Of a stretch of DNA of 64,000 bases, positions 12,671 through 24,349 are shown piece by piece. The number at the start of each line of letters is the position of its first letter. Within the stretch, counting starts at the first letter, position 1. The stretch covers positions 684,001-748,000 of the forward strand of contig JASTWF010000033.1 of assembly GCA_030390025.1 (NCBI GenBank), read 5' to 3'. The translations under genes and the position numbers were made by a program. The DNA is from Squalus acanthias. Its lineage: Eukaryota. The notes below the pieces were generated by a model. It was not told the origin of the DNA. It made no database searches and saw nothing but the letters and a program-made list of their open reading frames with translations.

Positions 12671-13433
12671 GGCCCAGAAATTAAACATGGATGGATCCCG
12701 CAGGGGTAAGGATTCCCCGCGATATCGCACTCCGCACCTACCTTTTTGCTCCGGGCCCACACGAACTTTAGTTTCAAAGGCTCTCTCTGTTGGAACCATG
12801 CAGTGCTTGAGTGACTCAGAGGCGCAATTAGTTCGTGCGAGCTCTGGGATCACGTGATTCAGTTAGAGCCAATGGCAGCACACCATCTTTCATTCACAGT
12901 TTTGACAGGAAGACCTGTCAAAGCTATGAATACTACACCCCCCCAAAAGAACAGCTGAACCTCAATTAAATAAAAAAAAAGCCATCACATTAATAAAATA
13001 AGTATAGTTAAATAAATTAACCATTTTAAACAAAAAATTAAATTTTTGAAAAATTTTAAAATCTTTTTAAAAGTTATAAAAATAAACTTACCTTTCTTTA
13101 AAGTCTCTAAAAAAGATAAAGCTGTTGAAAAAAAAATTAAATAACACTTAATTAACTACTTATCTTGTTAAAAGGAGGTCCTACGCCTGCTTTCTTTGTG
13201 TGTAAAATTTTCACCACTAACCTGCGCGTTCAAAGCTGGAAAAATAACGAAGTGCACTGCGTGCGCACAGCCTGTAGTGGGCACGCGGTTCACTTAGGAA
13301 CCGACCCCTTTTCAATTCACGAAGTGCCGGTTTCCCGCGCATGCGCAGTGCATGCAGGAAACCGGCAATTCGGGATCTAATACGCGAGAGTACACAGTGC
13401 GTACTCTCGCGTATTAGGTTTAATTTTCGGGCC
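12671..13433. mobile_element. MITE copy 2 (same family as 1461-2203), inside the GPCR intron
   Basis: TIRs GGCCCAGAAATTAAAC / GTTTAATTTTCGGGCC, TSD ATT (12668-12670, 13434-13436), shared internal sequence and hairpins. Confidence 0.85.
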
Positions 13434-13942
13434 ATTATTACACGGCAATTAATGGAAAGATATAATTCAAATAAAACATTCAACTCCGATTAAAAAAAAC
13501 GTTCAAATTATACTCAAACGCTGCCGAGAGGAGGGGAGCACCTTTCTGAGCGGAAATTATTCCGTAAAATACCTTTCAAAATCCCCTGTTGGGTGGAAGT
13601 TTCTGCAGTCCGAGTTATTATCAACTTAATGTAGACAAGGAACAACGGCACAAATTACATGATTACAATGGGCACTGAGCAACACAATCTTAATGAGCTA
13701 TGTATTGTTGGAGGGGCCAGGGAATCAGCCTCGCCCTCCCTCGTATAGGGAGGAACATTGAGCGCCCGGTGCCCGCGATCTAGCGACCAGAACAGCGCCT
13801 AAGCGATCGCGCGGACGTTAAAGATTGCAGCTGATTTTCACCGACTGATCCCGGTGAATATATGACTCTGCAATGTGGACATTCTCGGAATCTGTTACAT
13901 TAACAGTCAACAGGTATTAGGCAACAGGATACATTGACTTAC

Positions 13943-14012
13943 CGGGAATGCCAAATGCTGCGAGGACATTGTAGTAAATGTCCCGTATCTGTAGAATTAT
14001 TGGCCGCACCAT
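13943..14012 (-). CDS. GPR139/GPR142-like GPCR, coding exon 1 (MVRPIILQIRDIYYNVLAAFGIP)
   Basis: ATG at 14012; donor G|GTAAGT at 13943/13942; phase 1 matches exon 2; 70+893=963 nt = 320 aa + stop; completes TM1 (FGIP-ANLL). Confidence 0.88.
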
Positions 14013-14091
14013 TGTTTTGAAGATTTGTGTGAATTCTGCGCTGCTTTACCATTCCGACTGGAATGTTTCTGAGATCGATAAATGCTCCCCC

Positions 14092-14097
14092 TTTATA
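14092..14097 (-). promoter_or_regulatory. TATA box of the GPCR gene
   Basis: Minus strand CTATAAAGGGGG about 80 bp upstream of the ATG. Confidence 0.55.
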
Positions 14098-14444
14098 GAA
14101 CAATCGGTGGCCCGATGAGGTAATAAGGTTGCACAATAATTGGCGTTAGTTACAGTCACTTAACAAACAAGGTGCGATTTTCAACTTCAGTGCGCCCGAG
14201 CCGCCGATTGGGAAATTGAACAGCTCAGTCCATGAAACTCGATCCATTAAAATCAATGAACGGAAAGTAATCCGCGAGGAAATGGACTCTGCGCATGTCC
14301 AGTAAACCCTGAAGGATAAAGCAAACATTCTCCCGGACACTGCGTTGATTTCTTGGAGCCTCATCTTAATTTGGTGAAATCGTCACTCATCCATTGCACA
14401 ATTAAAATTTGTTTTTTACAGTGATGATGAATGATGTTGAATCG

Positions 14445-15403
14445 GCTCTAACATTACTGGAGTTGACCCTACTCTAACATTACTGGTGGTGACCCTACTC
14501 TAACATTACTGCTGGGGACTCTACTCTAACATTACTGGTGGTGACCCTACTCTAACATTACTGTTGGTGACTCTACTCTAACATTACTGGTGGTGACCCT
14601 ACTCTAACATTACTGGTGGTGACCCTATTCTAACATGACTGGTGGTGACTCTACTGTAACATTACTGGTGGTGACTCTACTCTAACATTTCTGGTGGTGA
14701 CCCTACTCTAACATTACTGGTGGTGACCCTATTCTAACATGACTGGTGGTGACTCTACTGTAACATTACTGGTGGTGACGCTACTCTAACATTACTGGTG
14801 GTTTCTCTACTCTAACATTACTGGTGGTTTCTCTACTCTAACATTACTGCTGGTGATCCTACTCCAACATTATTGGTGTTGAACCTACTCTAACATTACT
14901 GGTTGTGACCCTACTCTAACATTACTGGTGGCGACCCTGCTGTAACATTACTGGTGTTGACCCTACGCTAACATTACTGGTGGTGACCCTACACTGACAT
15001 TACTGGTGGTGACCCTCCTCTAACATTACTCGTGGTGACTCTACTGTATCAGTACTGTTGGTAACCCTACTCTAACATTACTGGTGGTGCCTGTACACTA
15101 ACATGACTAGGGTTGACCCTACTCAAACATTACTGGTGTTGACACTACTTTAACTTGACTGTGGGTGGCCCTACTCTAACATTAATGGCTATGCATCTAC
15201 TGTTACATTACTGCTTGTGACTCTACGATCATATAACTGATGCTTACTTGGCTCTAATATTACTGTACGTGACCCTAATCTAACATTGTTCATGGTGATC
15301 CGATTCTAATATTGCTGGTAGTGACTCTTCCCAAATGTTACTGCTGGTAACAATACTCTAAGCTATTGGGTGGTGATTCCTCTCTACCATTACTGCTGTT
15401 GAC
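14445..15403. repeat. 26-bp minisatellite (ACTCTAACATTACTGGTGGTGACCCT)n, ~36 copies, degenerating rightwards
   Basis: Period of 26 read directly (e.g. ACTCT at 14471 and 14497). Confidence 0.95.
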
Positions 15404-16548
15404 CTTTTTTTTTTATTTGTTCACGGGATGTTGGTGTCGCTGTCAAGGACAGTTTTTATTCCATATTTGAACAAAGCTGTAATGAGATCTGGAGCCAAGT
15501 GATCGTGGCGGATCCCAAACTGAGCATCGGATAGCAGGTTATTGATTAGCAAGGGACGCTTGATAGCAATGGCGACGACACCTTCCATCACTTTTCTGAT
15601 AATTGAGAGTAAGGTGATGAGGCGGCAATTGGGCCGAATTTGAATTCTCCTGCTTTTTGTGGACAGGACCTTCCGGGGTAATTTTTCACTATGTTGGTAG
15701 ATGCCAGTGTTGTAGTTGTACTAAAACAACTTGGCTAGAAGTGCAGCTAGATCTGGATCACAAATCTGCAGCACCACAGGCTGTCGGGCCACAGACTTTG
15801 CTGTAACCAGCGCGCTCAGTCGTTTTTTGATGTCACGTGGAGTGAATCGAATTGGCTGAAACTGAAATGTTGATGGTGGCGACCTCAGGAGCAGGCCGAG
15901 ATGGATCATCCACACACAATACTGGCTGGAGATGGTTGCGAATGCTTCAGCATTGTCTTTTGCACTCCCATGCTTGGTTCCGTCGTCATTAAGGATGGGG
16001 ATATTAATGGAGCATCCTCTCCTAGTATTTGTTTAATTATTCACCGTCATTAAAGATTAGATGTGGCAGGACTGCAGAACTTTATCTGATGCGTTAGGTG
16101 TGGGATCGCTGAGTTCTGTCTCTCGCAATGGGCTTCCGTTGTTTAGCATGCATGTTGTCCTGTGTTTCAGCTTCCACAGGTTGGAAGCTTATTTTTAAGA
16201 TACGCCTGGTGCTGCTCCTGGCATGTTCTTCTAAAATCTTCAGTAAACCAGGGTTGGACCCCTGGCTTGATGGTAACAGCAGAGTGAGTGATATGCCGCG
16301 CCATGAGGTTACAGATTCAGGTGGAATACAAATCTGCTGCTGCTGATGGCCCACGCGCCTCACGGAGCCCAGCTTTGAGCAGATAGATCTTTTCTGAATC
16401 TATCCCATTTAGCACGGCATTCCATCTCCACAAGAACTGTGCGCTGGTCACTGCTACCATTGCTGTCATGGTCAGATGCATCTGCAACAAGTAGCTGGTA
16501 AGGATGAGGTCAAGTAGTTTTTTCCCTCATGATTGTTCTCTCACCACC
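15404..16548 (-). mobile_element. LINE family B, internally deleted, 3' poly(A) at left
   Basis: T-run at ~15405-15414 followed by the reverse complement of the 7095-7427 3' end; RT and endonuclease remnants. Confidence 0.7.
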
Positions 16549-17260
16549 TGCCAAAATCTCAGTCCGACAACCAACGTCGAAGGCTCCTCCTTCACTATCT
16601 CTGGGTATGTGCTGTCCCACCAGCAGGACAAACCTCCAAGAGGTGCCAACACAGTGGTATACAGTCGTGAAGGTGTTGTACTGGGAGTATTCTACATTGA
16701 CATCGGACCTCATGCAGTCTCTTGCCATCAGGTCAAACATGGGCAAGGAATCCTCATGCTGCTTGCCACCTACTGGCCTCCGTCAGTGATGAATCAGTAC
16801 TCTTTCATGTTGAACACCACTTGGAAGAAGCACTGAGGGTAGCAATGGCACAGAGTGTTCTCTGGAAGGCGGACTTAAATGTCCAAAACCAAAACTGTCT
16901 CAGTAGCACCACTACTGACCGAGTTGGCCGACTCCAGAAGTACATAGCTGCCAGACGTAGCTTGGGGCAGGTTGTGAGAGAAATAACACGAGGGAAAACC
17001 TACTTGACCTCGCCCTCAACAATCTACCTGTCGCAGATGCATCTGTCCATGGCAGTATATTTAGGAGTGACTACCGCACAGTTCTTGTCGAGACGAAGTG
17101 CCGTATATACACTGCAGACAACCTCCAATGTGTTGTGTAGCACTACCACCTTGCTCAATGATTCAGAACAGATTTAGCAGCTCAAAACTTAGCTTCTACG
17201 AGGCGCTGTGGGCCATCAGCAGCAACAAAATTGTATGCCACCACAATCTGTAAAGTCATG
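16549..17260 (+). mobile_element. LINE family B endonuclease-region fragment
   Basis: Frameshifted APE motifs (TISGY, YWPP, DLNV) in ORFs 16504..17177. Confidence 0.65.
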
Positions 17261-17329
17261 ATGCATGATTATCATTCATTTATTGGATTTTAGAATACTA
17301 ATTTAATATCTTATAATAATAAACATCTA

Positions 17330-19330
17330 TAATCATAGAATCATAGAATGGTTACAGCACAGAAGGAGGCCATTCGGCCCGTCGAGCCCGTGCTGGCTCT
17401 ATGCAAGCGCACTTCAGCTAGTTCCACTCGCCCGCCCTTTCCCCGTAGCCCTGCAATGTTTTTCCGTCAGGTACTTATCCAACTCCCTTTTGAAAGACCG
17501 GTTGAATCTGCCTCCACCAGCCTTTCAGGCAGTGCATTCCATATCCTAACCACTCGCTGCATAAAAAAGTTATTTCTCTTGTCGCTTTTGGTCCTCTTGC
17601 CAATCACCTTAAACCTGTATCTTCTGGTTCATTGACCCTTCCACCAATGGGAGCAGTTTCTCTCTATCTGCTCTATCTAGACCCCTCATGATTTTGAATA
17701 TATCTGTCAAATCTCCTTTCAACCTTGATTAAGCAATCAGCGGACCAAGTGATATACAAGGTCGACGCTTAGCTTCAGTAATTTTTGGTCCTTTTAATCA
17801 CAGCCTTACCAGATCTCACAGTACGTTCTGAGCTTTCTAATTTATGGGTGGTAATTTAAACATACTCACCCTTCTTAGCTCAACGTTCCCGTGGACTGGT
17901 CAGAGTCTGTGATCCTGCCGACAACGCCAATTGATGTAAGCAATCAGAGGACCAAGTGATATACAAGGTCGATGCTTAGCTTCAGTACAGATGACAGACT
18001 TGGAGTGATGGTTCAAAACGGTCTTTATTCACAGGCCTGGGGAGAACCTTCCAAGACCGCTCTTGGATCCGACTCCAACGACAGCTTAGTAAATTACATT
18101 TGTATACATAATCTTATCAGTATCATCCTGCCCTAGGGGCGGGTACAAATTTATCCATCATGGTGTCTAGTATTCCATTATATCCATTACTTCTACCGCG
18201 TGACATTTTTACGCTTTCTTCCCACATTCTGCAGTCAACCATATTTTTGCTTAATTGACTTATCCCAACCTCTCCATCATCGTGGCCTTCTTTCTTATCT
18301 ATTCGTGTAGTCTGAGAGTCACAATCTCTTCAAAGCACAGATTCTGACCTTGTGACCTGCTCATGTACGTCTGCAAAGCAGGCATAGTATAATTAGTTCA
18401 ACTTGACTTCGATGTAAGCCATTTTGTCTTCTGGACAGCCATGTTGTAGCTTCACAAACAAGCGAAGGCCATCTCGGGCAACATCGTCACTCAATCCTTA
18501 TGTATGTTATCTTGTATGCGTGTTATCCTGCCTTGCTGAGTAGGTATCCTCCCTAATTTTCCCACGAGTCATACTCTGCAGCTGACTCTGCAGTTTAATT
18601 TCCCACCATCGCAGTCTTGTCTAATGAATACAGACCTGTCTACCGTTTAACTCAGGGCATGGATTAATTTGCCACCTCCACCCTGTACATTGATGCTACG
18701 TTATACATATTCTAACATTAACCTAAAGTATGATATTAATTTTGGTTACTGCAAACATTCTCTACTGTAAGGAGAACAACCCCAGTGTTTCTCGTCTATC
18801 CACGTAACTGAAGTCCCTCGTCCCTGGAATCAATCTCGGAATTATTTTCTGCAACGTCTCTAGGGACTTGACATCCTTCCTAAAGTTCGGCGCCCAGAAT
18901 TGGACACAATACTCCAGTTCATGCCGAACCAGTGTTTTATAAAGGTTCATTATAACTTCCTTGCTTTTGTACTCTATTCCTTTATTTATGGAGCCCAGGA
19001 TCCCTTATATTTCTTTAACCGCTTTCTGAACCTGCCCTGCCACCTTCAACTATTTGTACACATATACCCTCAGGTCACGCTATTCATGCACCCATTTTAG
19101 AATTGTTCCCTTTAGTTTATATTGCCTCTCCTCGTTCTTCCTACCAAAATGTATCACTTCGCACTTTTCTGCGTTAAATTTAATCTGCCACATGTCCGCC
19201 CATTTCAACAGCCTGTCTATGTCTTCTTCAAGTTTATCACTATCCTCCGCACTGTTCACTATATTTGCAAGTTTCGTGTCATCTGCAAATTTTGAAATTG
19301 TTCCCTGTATACCCAAGTCCAAGTCATTAA
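17330..19330 (-). mobile_element. CR1 3' portion interrupted by an LTR element (CR1 at 17330-17725 and 18754-19330)
   Basis: (ATCATAGA)n tail at 17330; ORFs 18762..18950 and 19080..19448 carry LEYCVQFW and KFADD; the host sequence rejoins across the insertion. Confidence 0.85.
17726..18753 (-). mobile_element. Internally deleted LTR retroelement/ERV: full 5' LTR (17932-18753), tRNA-Ser PBS (17912-17929), leader, last ~55 bp of the 3' LTR (17726-17780)
   Basis: TG..CA termini; AATAAA 18024-18029 (minus); PBS TGGCGTTGTCGGCAGGAT complementary at 17/18 to the tRNA-Ser 3' end; 5-bp TSD AACCT/AACAT. Confidence 0.8.
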
Positions 19331-20193
19331 TGTACCGACCTCTGGGGAACAACGCTGTATAACTGCCTCCAGTCCAATCATATGTCATGAGTTTATAATC
19401 ATGTGTAAAAATTAAATGTAGAAATCTGTAATCATCATTTTTATGCAATGGTAACCTGAATTATATATGATATGTAATAATTTTGCTGATAATTAAAATT
19501 CTGTACATATGCTGCAACCAGGCAGCCTGGGTGAGAAAGAGGATTGCTATAGCCGAATAGGGAGGCTGTGGGTGAAAGGTTGGTATTAGCCACAGTAAGG
19601 ATGATACATAGAAAGCAACGAGCATGGGAAGCATGGTCAGGTGTAGCTGCCCCTGTGATGGAATGTTACGATATCTGCAGCGAAACTAAAACATAATCCT
19701 TTCACAGAAACAGCAAGGACGCCATATCTCTGCACTCTGGAGACATGTTCCGTTGTATTGCCATAACTACCCCAAATGTGAGTCTTGTTGTTCAAAAACA
19801 GTTGATATAATATTCTCATAAGTATAGAACCTGCGTAGGCCAAGTTGGTGCGGACGTCGCATCTCTGTGATTGGATTTGGGGGCTTTTGTGTTCCAACCA
19901 GCGATTGGATCAGTAAGACTCCAAAATGTTTTGAGTGAGAGTAAGGGTATAACAAGGGGTTATTAACAGACACAAAGTGTAGAAGATTTCAGGAAGATTC
20001 AAGGAGAAACCCGGGAGAAAAAGAGCGAAGAGAGACCAGAGACACAGGGTGCAGCTAAATCACGGTTGCGCTACTACCCATAGGATACCGGAGTAATGAA
20101 AGCCTCCAGTGTCCTCTTAAACTGGTCATCGCATACTGTAATGTATTAAGCCTTGCTTGTGCTGAATAAAGATAAATTACTGTCCCCGGTACG
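19331..20193 (+). mobile_element. Probable solo LTR (~860 bp)
   Basis: Short terminal inverted repeats TGTACCG / CGGTACG; AATAAA at 20165-20170; abruptly truncates a CR1; no TSD found. Confidence 0.55.
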
Positions 20194-20194
20194 G

Positions 20195-21980
20195 TTCAAC
20201 CTCGATGGCCCGGCATATCCATCACTCTGCCATTACCATCAAGCCAGGGGAACATCCCTGGTTCAATGAAGAGTGCAGAAGAGCATGCCAGGAGCAGCAC
20301 CGGGCGTACCTGAAAATGTGGTGCGAACCTGCTGAAGCTACAACACAGGACTACATGGGTGCTAAATCGCGGTGCAACATGCTAATGACTGAGCTAAACG
20401 ACTCCACAACCAATGGATCAGATCAAAGCTCTGCAGTCCTGCCACCTTAAGTCATGAATGGTTGTGGACAATTAAACAACTAACCGGAGGAGATGGCTCC
20501 ATGAACATCCCCATCCTCAATGATGGCAGAGCCCAGCAAGGACTTAGATAATTGCAGTGAGACTTATTTACTGTTACACTCCAATCCTTTTGTAATCAAA
20601 GCTAATATGCAATTTGCTTACCTAATTACTTGCTGCACCTGCAGGCTAACTTGCAGTGTACAAGGACACCCAGTTCCCTATGAATTCCAACATGACCCGA
20701 TCTCTCAACAGTTAAAAATATTCTGTTTTTCTATTTTTCTTACCAAACTGGATAACTTCACAGTTCTCGATATTATATTCCATCTGCCATGTTCTTTCCC
20801 ACTCACTTAACCTGTCTATATCGCTTTGCATCATCTTTCCATCTGCCTCACAACTTACTTTCACACCCAACTTTGTATCATCAGCAAACTCGGATCCATT
20901 TGACATATTTGAGCCTCCAATTCATTCAATTTCTTTCTTACACCCCATACGTTAGTATATAAAACACTTATTTGACCTGATGCCCTCTTTCTTACACCGT
21001 TTAACTTAACACCTTTCTTATGTGTCTCGCCTGCTGTAACTACTTTAGTTACTCTAGTATTCTCTTCACTTATGTATCACGTGGTGAACTGAAATCTGCT
21101 CTTATCCTTTTATATCGTCCATTTATACTTTTTACGCTTGTTTATGACTGAGCCCTCGCCCACCCCATTTAATTGTTTAATGTCCATTTTTGCCACGCTC
21201 CTTATCCTTTGCACTAGGACCTTGGTTTCAGCCCTGGTCAGGTACAGCCTGTTCCAACAGTACAGCTATCTCTTGGCCCAGAACTGGTTGCAGTGTCCCA
21301 TGAAATGGAACCGCTCCCGCCCACATCACTCAACCAGCCACGTGTTCAGCTTTCTCATTCGTTTGCCTCTGTGACAATTAGCAAGTGGCCCGGGTACTGT
21401 TCCTGAGATTAGCACCCTTGAAGACCTGGTTTTTAATTTAGCGCCTCACACCACATACACCCTCAGCAAGAACGCGTCCCTTTTTTACCCTTCGTCACTG
21501 TTCGCGGCATGAACCACGATGAACCTCGCTTTCCAAATTCAATTGCAGCTGCATCGAGCTGTCAGCTTATGGGTAAACGGGGACAATGAGCCCGGGAATT
21601 TCCGATAATCCTCCCTCTGTGTGTGAGGAGCCGCTCGGGAGTTAACTTCCGTAACCTCCGCAACAACTGTCAAGCAAGTTACACCAGAAATAGCTGTAGC
21701 CCCAGTTTAAGGGGAAATAAAGTGAGAATCTGTTCTCTCCTATAAATTAGGAGTGCAGGAACCTTTAAAACTTGTAACGGGACAGAATACACTCTCGTTG
21801 TTTCATAACATCCAGTGGGACGGATTTTACAGCAGCAGTTAGCATCGGTTCCAATTCCAATTTGCAATTTGATATTGAATCTGCCCCCACCACCCTTTCA
21901 GGTGTTGTATTCCCGATCACAACAACTCGTTGTGCAAAAAAATGTTTCCTCATGTCGCCTCTGGTTCTTCTGTCAATTAA
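20195..21980. mobile_element. Mixed LINE fragments: family B (+, 20195-20538), CR1 RT (-, ~20570-20900), CR1 ORF1 esterase (-, ~21130-21520), CR1 3' piece (-, ~21860-21980)
   Basis: PWFNEECRRA, FADDTKLG and RTRGDMRKHFFAQRVV motifs in the ORF track. Confidence 0.7.
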
Positions 21981-23307
21981 CTTGAAATTCGCAAAAGAGT
22001 TTGAACAGGGCGGTTCAATATGATTGGAGCTATTTGCTGGTGTGGAGGATAAAGAAAGACATTGACTGGTTGGGCGGAATTGATTGAATCCGTGTTGTAA
22101 CATCGACGTTTTTTTGTGTACATTGAGGTCTCACGGTTTAGCATTAGTATTCGGATGCTGGGAAAATGATTGTGGATCTCAGGATGTTATACCACTGCGG
22201 CCAGACCTGTGATCAGTCAGAATTGGGAATGTGGTGTAAATGTTTCTGAACACAGAGAACGGCTCTGTAGGAAATATCAAACGTGGCTTTATGGGATGCA
22301 GAAATTCAAACAACTCAGAATATACTTGCGCCTTTAACAGATTTAATCAACTATTCAGAGGTTACAAATATTCATGTAAACCCAAGTTTTTGAGACATGC
22401 TGAGGCTTTGAAGGTTAATCTTCATGGAATGCTCTAAAATAAATATTTAATACAATGCAATCATTAGATTTAATGATGTTAAGGCGAACATGATTTTTTT
22501 CTTTTTCTTTAGAACATTATTTTGAAGATTAAACATTTCAGTTACTGAAAAAAATGACAGAAGTTATTTTCAACAAGCTCTTTGATTGGTTGATCCAGAA
22601 ACTTGTTCCTGTGCCGGCTCTGTGAAAGAGTCTCCATTTAGTCCCACTCCCCTGCTCCTTCCCCATAGCTCTGCACATTGTCCCCTTCAATTATTTATCC
22701 AATTCATTTTCAAAGTTACTATTGAAACTACTTTCACCACCTTTTCAAAGCAAAGCATTCCAGATCATAACAGCTTGTTGTGAGAGACAAATTGACCTAA
22801 TCTTCCCTCCGACTCAATCGCTAATTCCCTTAAAAATAAACAACTTTACGTTTCTTGAATTTATATTATTATCTATATTCATAAATCGAGGTGAATGGCA
22901 ACTTCAAAAGCAGAGATGTGGATTTGGCTTTTCAGCGGTATAGTTCGAGGAACTGGGAGACGTCAAACTGAGGCTCTACAGCACCACCATAGGAAGGAGC
23001 GTGTAATTACAGCATGGCCCCTTCATACAGGAGGTATCCTTAATAAAAGTGAAGAGAATGAAGTAAATGAATGTAGATGTACAAATTCCAATATTGGACA
23101 GGTAAACCTAACACCTTGTTGCATCTACCAGAAACATTTTAAAGCACTTTATACAGGATATTTTGGAGGTGCAGTGAGTACTATGCCTGCACTCCAGCAG
23201 CAGCACTGATGATATCTCGTAAGGGTGTAATTATGCTGCATAATAAAGGGATTGGGGCAAGTGACATTTGGAGGGGCAAATGACAAGCCTCTTCAAGGTG
23301 GCCTCCT

Positions 23308-24258
23308 TCACGTATCTTCAGGGCAGTCCTCAGTTACCGCATCTGCAATTGCTTTACAGTAGATGAGCAGCTCGTAGGGTTTCATCCTGTGAGAGGTCAC
23401 GAGTTTCCGAAAGGCGCAAACAGAAAACGGGAGCTCTGATTTGTAGAATATTTTGCGCGCGTGGAGTTCCGCTGGCGCGATTTTCAACTCAGCCAGGCAG
23501 AGAACGATGGAAACGTCCTCGTGCTTCAATTTGGGGACGCTCTTAGAAACGTTCCAAGCTCGGCAGGCGACATCGGTCGACAGCACGTACCCAGTGCCGG
23601 AGCAGAAATGCGGATACAATTCCAAAGGGCATTCCTGTTCACTCACGTACCATTTACGGGATTTGTTCCTCACGGGTCTAAGATGTCTCTCTATGTAGCC
23701 GGTGAAGATATTCCTACGACTGGTTCGCGACAACAGCTCTCTCAGGTAATCAACGTTTACAAACATGTCTGAATCGGTTTTCATCACAAAGGAGGCGGAC
23801 GGACAAAATCGGCTCACCCATTCCAGGCCCATCGGCACCTTGGTGGTCAGCTTGTAATAAGTGTCGCTGAACTCTTTCTGTATGATATCTTTGTGCAGCA
23901 GACGCCCCTCATATTGGTGGCTGTACCCGAGCAGGAAGTAGGTCACTACCCCCTTGCCATGTGTTGTCCGCTCCTTGCCCCAGGTCTGGCGAATGGCCGA
24001 GCGAGCTTCGAAATGGTCCTGGGCACTGGTGACGAGAAGAACCAGGAATGGGGGACTGACGTCACAGATGCTGTCGGGTCGCATTAAGAAGGAGGCGTCA
24101 TTTAACTCTGGGGAATGCGAATGTTCAGAAATGTTGCGGCTTAAATATCCGAGAATAATAAATATCTGCAAAAGGGACAGTCAGGCAAATGAACGTTTCT
24201 TTGGACGTAAGTTGAAACAACATTTTTTACCAGAAAATATCTTCATATTTTGAATCAC
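23308..24258 (-). pseudogene. Beta-1,3-galactosyltransferase 5-like (GT31) coding exon, probably a pseudogene
   Basis: GT31 motifs AIRQTWG, DIIQ..F.DTY, FVMKTDSDMFVN, KWYV, YPHFCSGTGY, EDV; acceptor ttttacag|GTG at 24258; ATG 24246 in frame with ORF 23308..24171 but with TGA at 24181-24183 (codon 22). Confidence 0.8.
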
Positions 24259-24349
24259 CTGTAAAATAAAAAAACACATTGAATAGGGTGAAATCCGGGT
24301 ATTGCAACTGCAGACACTTTCCAGTTAAGATTATTTGGCTGTATCAAGT

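Noticed and set aside
14445..15403. CRISPR-like array
   Set aside because: Head-to-tail 26-bp units with no unique spacers, no cas genes, vertebrate context
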